A program made the translations under genes and the position numbers. The notes beneath the pieces were generated by a model that saw only the letters and a program-made list of their open reading frames with translations, was not told the origin of the DNA and did not search any database. Source: Anolis carolinensis (lineage: Eukaryota). Taken from it: 64,000 nt of DNA. Where the stretch lies: NCBI RefSeq assembly GCF_035594765.1, contig NW_026943831.1, forward strand, positions 1,043,075 to 1,107,074, written 5' to 3'. Positions 63,611 to 64,000 of this stretch are shown here, piece after piece. The stretch's first letter is position 1; each line of letters opens with the position of its first letter.

Positions 63611-64000
63611 TTTATTTTTATACCCCGCCACCATCTCCCCAGAGGGACTCGGGATATAAAACAAGCATACAGTGGTATCAAATACAAAAAACACACAAAT
63701 AAAATTAAAAGGCATAAAATAAAATCACAGTCATTATAAAACACAGCAATAAAAGCATACAATGGACTGGGCAAAGTGCACTGAGTGACACTTGTAAACA
63801 TGAAGGAAGTTAAGGTGCTATGAGATCATGGGGAGAACAATATCTTTATATTGTTTTAATTGTTTTATTGGATTTTCATTGCTTTTTTAATTATGTGTAG
63901 TCATCGAATTGTTGCCAATTTTGTACGCCGCCCTGAGTCCCTTCGGGTGAGATGGGCGGGATATAAATGTTGGAAATAAATAAATAAATAGACCTTAAAC

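Overview
This is vertebrate nuclear DNA, almost certainly a squamate and probably Anolis, judged from the Sauria SINE, Anolis-type SINE2, CR1, L2, R4/Dong, Vingi, Penelope, Helitron, hAT and Tc1/mariner content. Genes on the minus strand: the CpG-island promoter and 22-nt first coding exon of UNC13B (MSLLCVR/V, 19177-19198); its intron 1 runs off the left edge and holds a possible alternative first exon near 7 kb. Genes on the plus strand: two paralogous C2H2 zinc-finger genes of 14 intact fingers each, both with a CpG-island non-coding first exon and no recognisable KRAB exon, plus a third CpG-island first exon at about 63 kb. Most of the rest is nested transposable elements. Most notable observations: (1) four solo LTRs of at least two families carry an acidic ORF open from LTR nucleotide 2 that ends in an RSxR[IL]-type motif; (2) a 97-bp double-hairpin satellite whose core occurs in both orientations; (3) a twin-priming-like inverted R4/Dong insertion; (4) a minimal hammerhead ribozyme in a Penelope terminal repeat; (5) a 483-bp segment duplicated into the inside of a MITE; (6) hairpin MITEs just downstream of all three plus-strand first exons. 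Family names come from recognised motifs, not database searches.
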